DNA from: Sphaeroforma arctica JP610
Lineage: Eukaryota
DNA: 53,184 bases
NCBI RefSeq assembly: GCF_001186125.1
Contig: NW_014040298.1
Span: 1 to 53,184, forward strand
Reading direction: 5' to 3'
The notes under the pieces are model-generated. The model saw nothing but the letters and a program-made list of their open reading frames with translations, had not been told where the DNA came from and searched no databases. A program made the position numbers and the translations under genes. Of this stretch, positions 12,801 to 24,200 are shown piece by piece (within the stretch, counting starts at the first letter, position 1; the number at the start of each line of letters is the position of its first letter).

Positions 12801-15800
12801 AGAGGTGCGCCTTCGGTTACTGTTGCTAGGTCACTGGTGGATCGTTCGTTCTCTGTTCCACTGTCTGCGCCGCTGTCAACGCCTTTGCCCACTGTGTGCT
12901 GCGACGGAGTTCGGCTGAGGGACAGTGTGCGACGCAACTCTTCCACTCCAGACACCTGATGGTTGACAGGCGGGTTAGGTAGTGGTGGTTAACAGGCGGG
13001 TCAGGTAGTGGTGGTGGGTGGGCTATATGTAGAGATATGATACACTAAAGTAGTAGTGGGTGGGTTATATGCAGAGATATAACTCCCTGCAGTAGTCTAA
13101 GAGATGGATACTCAATACAGGGCCAATCAGGACTAAAGATGGGCTATACTCAATACAGGGACAATCAGGACTAAGAGATGGGCTATACTCAATACAGGGA
13201 CAATCAGGACTAAGAGATGGGCTATACTCAATACAGGGACAATCAGGACTAAGAGATGGGCTATACTCAATACAAGGACAATCAGGACTAAGAGATGGGC
13301 TATACTTAATACAGGGACAATCAGAATTAAGATATGGGCTATACTCAATACAGGGACAATCAGGACTAAGAGATGGGCTATACTCAATACAGGGACAATC
13401 AGGACTATGAGATGGGCTATACTCAATACAGGGACAATCAGGACTAAGAGATGGGCTATAAACAATACAGGGACAATCAGTACTAGAGATGGGCTATACT
13501 CAATACAGGGACAATCAGGACAAAGACATCAACGGTACGATGTGCATGGTGATACGGATAGTGATAGATATCCTACCCACCTTGAGCAACTCAGCGGCCA
13601 GCCCATTAAGTAGGTATGAGTGGCGGAAGACACTGAACACGTGGGCAAGCAAGATCATGGACGTCACCATGGAGATGCGAGGCGCCGGCTCTCCCGCAAC
13701 CTGTGAGTAGTTGGCAATGTGTCATTCTGGTGAGAGATGTAAAAAGTTTGCATGTATAGGTAAGATAAATATATATATATATATATATATATAGTGTACA
13801 TATAGGTAAATATATATATATATATATAGTGTATATATATATATGTGTGTATATGTATAGATTTGTATATTCAGACATGTTTTCATATGTAAGGAGCATT
13901 GTGACACCGTAGTCCGCAGTATAACGCCATGTCAATCCATTGTGAAGAGTTGCTGTGCGCAATTTGAGTGGCTGTGATGCTCGAGATCACACTAAACAGA
14001 GGTATATGGGATGTACTGAGTGTTTATATCAAATAAACACCTTCTCTATTATTTGTAGTAATTGAAGGGACGTAAACTCCGGCCAGTGCACCTCCACTGA
14101 GCTCGACAGTTTATACCGTTTACGTATTGAACGGCAGGTACGGATGAACGGGCATAGATCTCAAGGGAATACTGTACGTCTAATGAGGTGTTATCTCCCA
14201 CAAGCACCAACAAGCAGCCACCCCGTTAACAATGCCACAAACAAACCCCTTTCGCAGATCAACTAAACAAGACTGCGCCATCCAATGACTGACTACAGAC
14301 AGAAGACAATGTCAGGTACGTGTGTAGTATGTGAGAGCTGGCCATGATACTCCACTGGCATGTATTTGCCATGTTACTCCGTTGGCATGTAGAACCGGCA
14401 GATACGAACGAGGACTACAACACGCGCGTGGACAGGAGACCTGCAGCACCTACCATAGCGTTGGTCTCAGACTTTAAGCTGTACACATAGAGCGGCACCA
14501 GCATGTTGTCTAACAGGCGGTTGGCCAGTTTAAAACACATCTCATCAATTCCGGGTGTTTCGAAGATGTCGTTCACATAGTGCAGCACATCGAGATGCTC
14601 CGCCAAGAGATCCGACAGACGACCGATCTTCAAATGGCTGCGCACAGGACGGGAGAAAGGGAACGCCAGTCAGCCTACACACTGAGGGGATGTTCTCAAA
14701 TGTAGGGATGTTCTCAAGTGTAGGGATGTTCTCAAGTGTAGGGATGTTCTCAAGTGTAGGGATGTTCTCAAGTGTAGGGATGTTCTCAAGTGTAGGGATG
14801 TACTCAAGTGTAAGGATGTTCTCAAGTGTAGGGATGTTCTCAAGTGTAGGGATGGTCTCCAATGTAGGGATGTTCTCAAGTGTAGGGATGTGACATGTAT
14901 GTCTCAGGGTACTTTGTGCGAAGTAGAAGGCACATGCATCGTATGGACGTGTGCTTGGGTACTTTGTGCGAAGGAGAAGGCACGTGCATCGTATAGACGT
15001 GTGCTTGGTTACTTTGTGCGAAGGAGAAGGCACATGCATCGTATGGACGTGTGCTGGGGTACTTTGTGCGAAGGAGAAGGCACATGTATCGTATGGACGT
15101 GTGCTGACCTGACACGTCAGTACGTCAGTACACGTGGCAGTGCTTGGTGCGCTGCGTGTGCGGGAGAGCGCCTTAGTTGTCTCACTGCACACCACACACG
15201 TGGAATAGTAGCCACGAGGCACAACGCAAAGAGATCACACCCAATTAGGGTTTAGGGTTTAGGGGTTGTGCATCCCACCTACAGAGAGCCATTACACAAA
15301 GTGCACTGTACCACAGGTACGACTACAGTGCTACTGAACGATCCACTGCTGCGATTAGGGCTTTCCGTTAGTACGATGCAATGGCAACACGGTGTATCCG
15401 CCCCACCCCACTAACGTACAAAAAGCATTAATATTGACGGTATCACAACACATCCACATCCGTTATGACAAGCGCACGTTAGCTGGCATTACACACGACC
15501 AACGTACAAAGAGCATTAACATTAACATTAAANNNNNNNNNNNNNNNNNNNNNNNNNNNNNNNNNNNNNNNNNNNNNNNNNNNNNNNNNNNNNNNNNNNN
15601 NNNNNNNNNNNNNNNNNNNNNNNNNNNNNNNNNNNNNNNNNNNNNNNNNNNNNNNNNNNNNNNNNNNNNNNNNNNNNNNNNNNNNNNNNNNNNNNNNNNN
15701 NNNNNNNNNNNNNNNNNNNNNNNNNNNNNNNNNNNNNNNNNNNNNNNNNNNNNNNNNNNNNNNNNNNNNNNNNNNNNNNNNNNNNNNNNNNNNNNNNNNN

Positions 15801-18800
15801 NNNNNNNNNNNNNNNNNNNNNNNNNNNNNNNNNNNNNNNNNNNNNNNNNNNNNNNNNNNNNNNNNNNNNNNNNNNNNNNNNNNNNNNNNNNNNNNNNNNN
15901 NNNNNNNNNNNNNNNNNNNNNNNNNNNNNNNNNNNNNNNNNNNNNNNNNNNNNNNNNNNNNNNNNNNNNNNNNNNNNNNNNNNNNNNNNNNNNNTGGTTG
16001 CCGATGAACCACACCAGGTTGGAGAAGTACGGCGCCTGCTCCTCGTCACCCACAAAGTTTCGCGTGGGCGGATCATTGACTGTGGAGTGGTTCAAATACA
16101 CACTCAGGGTTTAGGGTTACATTGACTGCTGAGTGGTTAAGATATACACAAAGGGTTTTGGGTTAGATTGACTGCGGAGTGGTTGGTCTTGGGTATAGGT
16201 ACACACACAAAGGGTTTTTAGTGTGAGGATTTAAGGCTTAGGGTTGAGGGTTAGATTGACTGCGGGATAGTTGGTATTGTAATGGTACACACAAGGGATG
16301 TGAGGCTGTGAAGTAGTTGTAAGCGCACGACACACCTGTGCGCGCACGCGCTCAACTGTACTGTTGTGTGGATATGAACGTGCATAATCTTAAAAAGTTC
16401 TCCGTTGAGTATCTATGACTGGGTCGGCGGAACCACTACGTTTGTATGGTGACGGTAGATACAGGCCATAGTTATCGAGCGCCACGGGTTGGCTGGTAAA
16501 TGCAATAGAGTCTGATTACGTATACTACTTTACTACCTCCCACTTGATGCAGATTCTACTTATGACAAGCCCTGGTCTCATTGGATGGGTGGCGATACCA
16601 GCTACTACAGCGATGCCGCTGAGATGAAGCGGGTTTACATTCCAGGTACTGGAATAGGGGTGAACGAACACGTGGTTGTGCACATACACAACGCCCTGTT
16701 CCTTACTTCTACATGCGTGAATCATGTGATCCTTGTATGACATTGTGGCAGTGTTTTAACATGCATTAACTATGCAATCCTTCTATGACATCTTGGCAGT
16801 GTTTTATAAACGGGGATCCAGGTACGAGAAATTTGTAGGGGAAGGCAACGCGTACCTTTGAATATATTCAATACGATGGTACGGACGGCGATGCGAACCA
16901 TGCTCTCCTTGTGGTTGAAGAACTTGATAGCCTCGGAGTATAAGGGGAAGTCTTCTTGATGCTGGTACCAAAAATAACGGTCGTTGTGCGTAGTGTATAC
17001 AGACACGTAGAGAAGACAAAGCAGATATAATTGCGGAAAATGAAACAACAAGCACCGAGTTGAAGAGCTCATCTTCAGGCCATGAGAAGGGCGCGTGTTC
17101 ACAGGGAACATGCAGGGGAGAGAAAACCCAAGTTCTAAATCGATGTAACGATTGGACTGAGATATCATGCAACTGATTGCCAGGAAGCACGTGGCACCAG
17201 TGTAGCTACGATGAAGACGCACAGCGCACACCAGTGTACAGAGTTTGCGCGAGATTGGTGCTATGCGATCGGGCTGACTTTTTTAAACCCTTCATTTCTC
17301 GTGAGATAAGACGTATTCCTTTAACCTTCTAACTAACAGGTGTGTGGTTAGCAACAGAGTGCCAGAACAAACTACAGACATCGGTGACTGTGAACATATG
17401 GTGTGTATTAACGTATGGGTCCAGTACGCAAGCCATCTGGTATTAAACCCACACACATGGCTGCGATGTACACGACGAACTATAGGTGACTGTACGTCTG
17501 TGTACGCAGATGGTCTATAAACTCGGCATCGAAACATGCTTATTCCCCAACAAGTGGTGGCGATTACTACGCTAAAGGTTACACAAACATACGCGAACAT
17601 ACCTCGTTGTAGAAGAAGGAGATTGTGCTCGGACTGAGGCGGAAGGACAGTGTCTTCATGAAGGAGATGTAGTACGCCAGAATCTCCTCGTTGGAGAAGT
17701 CGTACTTGTGCGTAATGACATTGTTGATGTAGTTGTTGGACATGAAGTAGTCTGTGGGCGTGAGTGTGTGGCGTGGCCAGGGGGGGTGATGTGACAGAGG
17801 TTATCCATGAGCACAAACACCACACCTGAGCCCATTCGCTATCGTGCGATCCGCGATACGCTGACACAAAACTTGCCATATGCAGTGTGCATTGAGGAAA
17901 AGTAACGGTGGATACTAGGGTTTAGGGTTTGTGTTTAGGGGGTTTAACCCAATATACGTTGCAGCTTTCCGAAAAGCCGACCACTACTCGCATACAGAGC
18001 ATCCCAATGTCGCTCCTAAATCATAAGCACATCTGAGATTGTGACTATGTAACTGCCGGACTATGGGCACTCTGGAAATATTGATATCACGTCACAGTAC
18101 AAATCGCAGTATATGTGTACTTCGATATTTCATCATAATACAGGTATAATTGGTTACTAACTCAGCATAAGATATGTATAATTAGTTGCTACTCACCATA
18201 ATATATGTATACTTCGATATTTCATCATAATACAGGTATAATTGGTTACTAACTCAGCATAATACGTGTATAATTAGTTGCTATCTCACCATAATATATG
18301 TATACTTCGTTATTTCATCATAATACTGGTATAATTGGTTACTAACTCATCATAATATATGTATAATTGGTTACTATTTCATCACAATATATGTATAATT
18401 GGTTACTATTTTAACACAATATATGTATAATTGGTTACTACCTCATCATAATATATATATAATTGGCTACTTTTTCATCACAATATATGTACAATTGGCT
18501 ACTAATTCATCATCAGATATGTACATGCAAGGCTAGCGGAACATTCTCAGCCCTCAAGCGATACATCCACTCGGGAAACCTTGACCGCGCCAAAGTACGA
18601 CGCAAAGTATAGATACACAACAGGCGCTCGGTGGTACAAATCACCTACACATAGATTTCCTACCCCCATTTGTTCATCTTCTGGAAGAGAATGATTATAT
18701 TTGCTTACTTGTACTTCTGGGTCCAATCTGTGGTATAAACTTGCGTGAACTTTTACACACCTATATTGAACACCTTATAACCAGTCCTATTCCTAGGGGA

Positions 18801-19890
18801 ATGTGGGTGCCAGTGGTATATAACCTTACGATTACTTTTATGGAAGAGTGTGGTGAGACTTCAGAGAATGAACGAACAGACTACCGAGCACTCACAGAAA
18901 ATAGACATCGTTTGTCGTAAATCCGACATGCGCAGATATGATAGGCATATTTTGTCGTAAATCCGACATGCGCAGATATGATAGGCATCTTTTGTCGTAA
19001 ATCCGACATGCGTAGACACGACCACGTGTGTCGCAGTCAGACAAGTACAGAATAGTCAGACTGCCACGACGATAGCACTTACACAGCGATGACTCATTAC
19101 GGATGTTCTCGAAGATGATGTTGAGGCACTGCAGCAGCTGCATCTTGACGTAGGGCACTCCCTTCATATTGAGGAGCTCTAGGAACAGCACAAACAAGTT
19201 CTTGTCCAGAAAGAAGCTGTGCAGCGGGATAAGCGCAGTCAAACGGAAACTATGAGACGCCGCTCACCTCCAGGCCTACAGAATACGCGCAGACACCTTT
19301 GCAAGGAGAACACAGTATGACTTGGGCATAGCGCTATTGAAGATACAGACGACTTGACAGGGGGTGGGGGCTAAGAACGCTAAGATACACGGTACTACAA
19401 CATAGACGCCGTGGCGTTGGAGAGAAATATCTATGCCAATGTGTACTTAGAGAACACAGTAAAAATCAATACCAATGTGTGCTTATAGAACATCGATATT
19501 AGTGTGTGCTTACAGAAGACAGTAAATACCACTTATATGGCGACATACATATACAATCACAGCCTGTCAAACCTAATACTTCGACTGCTGCGAGAGAGTG
19601 TGCATATGTCTGGGCATTGAAATGGTACACAAGACTCCACACTACATAGTAAATCTTTGACTATATAAAACCATGGTTATATCGTACCCAGACCCCCAAA
19701 AAGGGCTATACACAACGCAAGAAGCCCTAGAAAGTTATAAATTCCGTCACTTCCATGATACTCAATCTGGTACGTTAATGGTAAACACTTACTCAAAGAC
19801 ACTGGGGTTATTCTGGTCGCCCCACACGAGAATTTCAGCCATGTCCTTCAGTGCCTCCACCACTTTCTGGTCGTCTTGTTGACTGCGCGT
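821..19890 (-). CDS. CLEC16A: CLEC16A/GOP-1/Ema-family protein (FPL domain + CLEC16A C-terminal region), multi-exon, 5' end lost in gap
   Basis: Exons in minus-strand order: 19793-19890 ([21 protein letters not shown]), 19083-19216 ([22 protein letters not shown]), 17603-17751 ([20 protein letters not shown]), 16856-16961 ([24 protein letters not shown]), 15995-16079 ([11 protein letters not shown], runs into gap), 14454-14637 ([17 protein letters not shown]), 13581-13700, 12337-12955, about 11191-11507 (acceptor uncertain), 10185-10414, 8827-9017, 8196-8339, 7933-7990, 6965-7089, 6282-6450 ([12 protein letters not shown]), 4855-4952 ([13 protein letters not shown]), 3783-3861, 2951-3061 (RFLVID..FVEPD), 2087-2163 (LGWGVVK), 1291-1397 (FEDHLR), 821-911 (stop TGA). 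Phases are consistent except around the 11.2-11.5 kb exon and the gap. Motifs match recalled CLEC16A sequence. Confidence 0.95.
940..1040. repeat. ~27-bp tandem repeat x4
   Basis: Copies of tatcaacagttaaacatctggtaaa. Confidence 0.75.
1486..1765. repeat. 46-48-bp intronic minisatellite x6
   Basis: gaccaagaccagtaagtaaggcacacagtgggagtactacccagcata. Confidence 0.9.
2525..2908. repeat. Two adjacent degenerate tandem duplications
   Basis: taggctat(t/a)taaacaataactcatg x2; aacacgtctgcgttgacaaggatggttg x3. Confidence 0.75.
3473..3800. repeat. 28-bp minisatellite x~12 containing the CLEC16A exon end and 5' splice site
   Basis: actcagatctaactgttgat(t/g)gaaacat; the minus strand reads ATCAACAGTTAGATCTGA|gtatgtttc. 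Confidence 0.95.
3990..4200. repeat. ~48-bp degenerate tandem repeat with telomere-like insert
   Basis: cactcatgcagagttaacatagacgtacacgtggaagtaacatca x4. Confidence 0.8.
4364..4881. repeat. 40-bp minisatellite x~13 containing the CLEC16A exon end and donor
   Basis: gagtttttccacacaccaattgtaagtagagtttacgcat; the minus strand reads CTCATGCGTAAACTCTACTTACAATTG|gtgtgtggaaaaa. Confidence 0.95.
5373..5698. repeat. 41-bp intronic minisatellite x8
   Basis: gtgttcaggtttacacacacgacacagtactacactcttac. Confidence 0.95.
5996..6293. repeat. 68-bp tandem repeat x~5 containing the CLEC16A donor
   Basis: cacctgtcatgggtgt recurs at about 6007, 6075, 6143, 6211 and 6279. Confidence 0.93.
6467..6600. repeat. 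~42-50-bp repeat x3 next to acceptor
   Basis: gatgtatatataactaaagagatcacatacataaacaacca. Confidence 0.8.
7078..7282. repeat. ~57-bp repeat x4 containing the CLEC16A acceptor
   Basis: Copies of tatcttacaccctgtgtga..aatgagtgaagat; the minus strand reads cacag|GGTGTAAGATA. Confidence 0.85.
7405..7565. repeat. 30-bp repeat x5
   Basis: catttgattggtgttagtatacatcgtata. Confidence 0.85.
7671..7935. repeat. 36-42-bp repeat x~7 ending on a GC donor
   Basis: ctaccacatgataagtacaccaacccattgactt. Confidence 0.9.
9565..10177. repeat. 75-bp minisatellite x8
   Basis: ctacctgaccacaccacacgtacacatcagtgaat..catccccacacat with 75-bp period. Confidence 0.95.
10936..11165. repeat. 36-bp CA-rich minisatellite
   Basis: ccaaacagacccacacctcacacgccacacgccaca. 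Confidence 0.9.
13100..13522. repeat. 39-bp minisatellite x~11
   Basis: gagatgggctatactcaatacagggacaatcaggactaa. Confidence 0.95.
14687..15105. repeat. 18-bp minisatellite x11 followed by 50-bp repeat x4
   Basis: gggatgttctcaagtgta; actttgtgcg at 14911, 14961, 15011 and 15061. Confidence 0.95.
15533..15994. other. Assembly gap (inside CLEC16A)
   Basis: N run. Confidence 1.
16075..16270. repeat. Degenerate x4 duplication of a CLEC16A acceptor separated by TTTAGGG-like linkers
   Basis: Copies of attgactg(t/c)ggagtggtt, with gggtttagggtta-like sequence between them. Confidence 0.75.
18108..18510. repeat. AT-rich ~30-bp degenerate array
   Basis: tataattggttact..catcataatatatg. Confidence 0.85.
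18910..19012. repeat. 40-bp repeat x3
   Basis: tttgtcgtaaatccgacatgcgcagatatgataggcat. Confidence 0.9.
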
Positions 19891-20057
19891 CTGCAGATCA
19901 ATGTACCGTTGGATGACATTATAGGCATCCCTGTGAGCGGTAAAAGGCAGCAAGGTGTCCATGATCTCAATTCACCAGTCAATGAAAATCTAGACGCCAC
20001 TCGTCATTTACATATATATATATATATATATATATATGAATATATGTTTGTATTTAG

Positions 20058-21050
20058 NNNNNNNNNNNNNNNNNNNNNNNNNNNNNNNNNNNNNNNNNNN
20101 NNNNNNNNNNNNNNNNNNNNNNNNNNNNNNNNNNNNNNNNNNNNNNNNNNNNNNNNNNNNNNNNNNNNNNNNNNNNNNNNNNNNNNNNNNNNNNNNNNNN
20201 NNNNNNNNNNNNNNNNNNNNNNNNNNNNNNNNNNNNNNNNNNNNNNNNNNNNNNNNNNNNNNNNNNNNNNNNNNNNNNNNNNNNNNNNNNNNNNNNNNNN
20301 NNNNNNNNNNNNNNNNNNNNNNNNNNNNNNNNNNNNNNNNNNNNNNNNNNNNNNNNNNNNNNNNNNNNNNNNNNNNNNNNNNNNNNNNNNNNNNNNNNNN
20401 NNNNNNNNNNNNNNNNNNNNNNNNNNNNNNNNNNNNNNNNNNNNNNNNNNNNNNNNNNNNNNNNNNNNNNNNNNNNNNNNNNNNNNNNNNNNNNNNNNNN
20501 NNNNNNNNNNNNNNNNNNNNNNNNNNNNNNNNNNNNNNNNNNNNNNNNNNNNNNNNNNNNNNNNNNNNNNNNNNNNNNNNNNNNNNNNNNNNNNNNNNNN
20601 NNNNNNNNNNNNNNNNNNNNNNNNNNNNNNNNNNNNNNNNNNNNNNNNNNNNNNNNNNNNNNNNNNNNNNNNNNNNNNNNNNNNNNNNNNNNNNNNNNNN
20701 NNNNNNNNNNNNNNNNNNNNNNNNNNNNNNNNNNNNNNNNNNNNNNNNNNNNNNNNNNNNNNNNNNNNNNNNNNNNNNNNNNNNNNNNNNNNNNNNNNNN
20801 NNNNNNNNNNNNNNNNNNNNNNNNNNNNNNNNNNNNNNNNNNNNNNNNNNNNNNNNNNNNNNNNNNNNNNNNNNNNNNNNNNNNNNNNNNNNNNNNNNNN
20901 NNNNNNNNNNNNNNNNNNNNNNNNNNNNNNNNNNNNNNNNNNNNNNNNNNNNNNNNNNNNNNNNNNNNNNNNNNNNNNNNNNNNNNNNNNNNNNNNNNNN
21001 NNNNNNNNNNNNNNNNNNNNNNNNNNNNNNNNNNNNNNNNNNNNNNNNNN
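20058..21050. other. Assembly gap likely holding the 5' ends of CLEC16A and the R3HCC1-like gene
   Basis: N run flanked by TA/TG microsatellites. Confidence 1.
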
Positions 21051-21255
21051 GTGTGTGTGTGTGTATACTTACGTATATACACACACACACACACACATAT
21101 ATATACAAAGGGCTCTTATTGTGTCAATCGTGTTGGGCCATTGCCAGATCTTCGTATATATGCTTATATAGGACTCGGATCAGAGATTATTGAGTGCAAG
21201 AGTATTTCGACTAACCCCGATTCTGCCTCTATCGTCTGCATTCTCTCAATACTAG

Positions 21256-24200
21256 ACTCGGAAACCGGTGAAAGGATCTAAGGCGCATCACGCACCAGCT
21301 GTAGACGAGAACCATATATCAACCGCTGGAGACGATGCTGCTCACAAACAGAGAAAGGACGATCTACTGTATGGGCAGGCGATTAGAGAGAGCGATCTGT
21401 ACCGAAGTTCCAGTGGGAACGGTAGAACCAATGTGAACAGGAGGGTTGGAGACACCGACGCTCTGCCTACCGCTACTAAGGAGACCGTCTCAACGGTTAA
21501 GGATGGTGTCGCGGGGGATATGGACACGGACATGGGCTCAGCGGCGCCCTCGAATATGAAGTCTGAGAAAGGGAAGCGCAAAAAAACACCAACAGGTAGT
21601 CAAAGGGGTGCTAGTGCCACTACAGACCCAGGCGAGCGTGGAGGGGTTGCTATGACAACCAGTACGAGCAAGAGATCGATCGCGAAAGAGAAGCACACAC
21701 GCTCCAAAGACGAGGGAACCGTTGTGGGGATATCAAGTACAGAGGTGAAACCAATGCCACACTCAGCACAATCGACTACCCATAAGGCACGTGATACTGG
21801 TTGCGGCATCCTGTCAACTCCCGGTGGCGGTGCCGAAGCTTACAATCCGGAGCGAGCTCACCAAAACTCTGCGTTGGTCACAGGTGGTAGCCAGACGGTC
21901 GAGAATCAGTCGTGCACGAACACTGGCACTAGTACGAGCACGGTGCCGATGAGCCAAACCGCGAAAGCCAAGAGCAGGGGTGGGAAACGCAGTAAGAAGG
22001 CGAAAGACCGCGAGAAGGAACGCGCACGGGACAAACCGCAGACACCTGTGCGCAAGACGAGCCACGATGTAGACAGCGCCAGCAACTCAGACAAGGCGGC
22101 TGTAGAGGCGGTGGTGGTAAATGCACAGACACAGGGGACTTCTACTAAGGGGAAGCACGCGCACAAAACTCAGATACCTGATGGAGAGCACCGCACACCT
22201 ACGAGTGGTAGCCGGACTACCAGCAGGAAATCGGTGGGGCCTGTGGGGGATGATCGATCGACCGCAAACGACACACAAACACACCGACACGCAGCGGATA
22301 GTACCACCGCCAACGGAGACAAAGACGTAGGCGTAAGCACAGGCACACGCGTCACAAATGCACCCCCTCCTGCCAGAGAGGGTAGGAAGGCGCGCGACGA
22401 CGACACGGCACGCGACGAAGCCGCCAACCCAGGCAGAAGCACACGGATCGGTCTATCACGCAATCTGTTTGCGAACGGCCCCAAAGACCATCGCGCACGA
22501 GGGGCGGACAGTGGCTATGTAGAGAGAGACGATGCAATGACGATTAGGGCAAAAAGCAGTAACAGTTACGAACGGACCAGAAGCACGGGGTCTGGTACTG
22601 GAGGCGCTATGGACGAGGCAACGGGGGCGGCCGATGTGGATACAGACCATCGCCACCCGGATACTCGTGCGCGGGAGAGGGTGGAGGCCCATGAGCGTCT
22701 GCAGTCCAGGGGAACAAAGGGTAGCGACCATACGGCTAGAGATGGGGCTGCGAATGCGCTGTTACGGTCACAGTCGTATTCGCAGTCTCAGCAGGCGAGG
22801 CGGTCTAACAGTCCCGCGAAGGGCAACGACAGCGACAACCGGAGCGTAAGCCGGGCGGCGGAGGTCAACGCTGACTCGCTGGCACACAGAGGCGGAGATG
22901 ACGGGCGAGGCAAACCGTACCATAGGATACGCAGCACGGACAGCGAACGCGAAAGAGACAGAGACAGAGACAGAGACAGAGACAGAGAATCACACAGACG
23001 AGACGACGGCGACAAAGGCCGAGACCGAGACCGGCAACGGGCTGTGGGAGGTGTGAGTGGCAGTGGCAGTCGCACTGAAATGGCGTACTACAGTGTGCGA
23101 GAGCGCATGGGTGTGGCCAGTTCTCCCGTCAGCGCGAATACCTGGGGTAGCGCCAGACCAACCAAGAAGGCGTCCAGCTATGGATCACAGTCTGACGGTG
23201 GGTGGGGAAGTGGGGCTAGAGATGCGCCGGCAAATGGGGCGGAATCAATCGACAGCACACACAGTGGCAGCGCTGGCAGTGACGATTATGCGAGTATGGA
23301 CGAGCCTCAGGCAGACTATGTACTGCCCAAGTCAGGCTATGTGTGCAGTGAAGGAGAGGGGTACACAGAGAGAGCTAAGGAGCGATGCCGAGACAAGAAA
23401 GCCGAGGACAGGGAGTGTGACCGAAGCTACGACGACAACATGATGGTCAGCCGAGAGGTGCTGCGGGAAAGAGAGAGGAAGCGGCGCATCATGGCACACG
23501 AGGCCATTGAGGAGGCGAAGCAGCGCGAGCGTGCCAGGGAACGCGAACGCTACAGATTAGAGCGCGAGAGGGAGAGGGAGCGTGACGCGGAAAGGAGCGG
23601 GGATCGCGATAGACGCAGATATCGCGAAGGGGGAAGCGTGTCTGTGCTATGCGAGCAACCGAAGTACCAGCCACCCGGTAGGAGGCGGAGCGACATGCTG
23701 AAGGCCGAGAGGTCCAGAGCCGAAGCATTAGAGCTGCAACAGCAGCGCGAACGACGACGCGAGCGTAAGATGGAAAGCGACAGAGAGAGGGGGAATGAAC
23801 GCGAAAGCGATAGGGAGAGTGAACGGGGCGTATGCCGGAAGAGGGATGGGGATAGAGAGGAACTTAGACATGGTAGCAGAGAAGAAGACAGAGAGGAAGT
23901 AAGAGATACAGACAGAGATAGAAGCGCAGAACGGTTCAGGGCAGCAGATAAATACGCCACCGCGACCAAACGCGGGAGCGTGGAGAGGCTTCTTAGCGTG
24001 GAGGGGCTGGGCATTAAGACCAGACACCCGGGCGTAGAACGGCGCAGTAGCATGGGAGGGATTAACAGTACGGACAAGTGCCCGCAGGGAGACCTGTACA
24101 TGGGCGAAGCCGGGAACAGAAGGAGAGAACGGAATAGAAGTAGAGAAAGGAGCCGAAGCCGAGATAGGAGCCGCAGCAGGGATCGCAGTAGAAACTGCAG

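Noticed and set aside
1..15105. Tandem arrays as CRISPR arrays
   Set aside because: Units are contiguous with no unique spacers, no cas genes are present, and the context is eukaryotic introns.
15392..21193. Long ORFs containing X runs (also 45889-46530)
   Set aside because: They are artefacts of N gaps.
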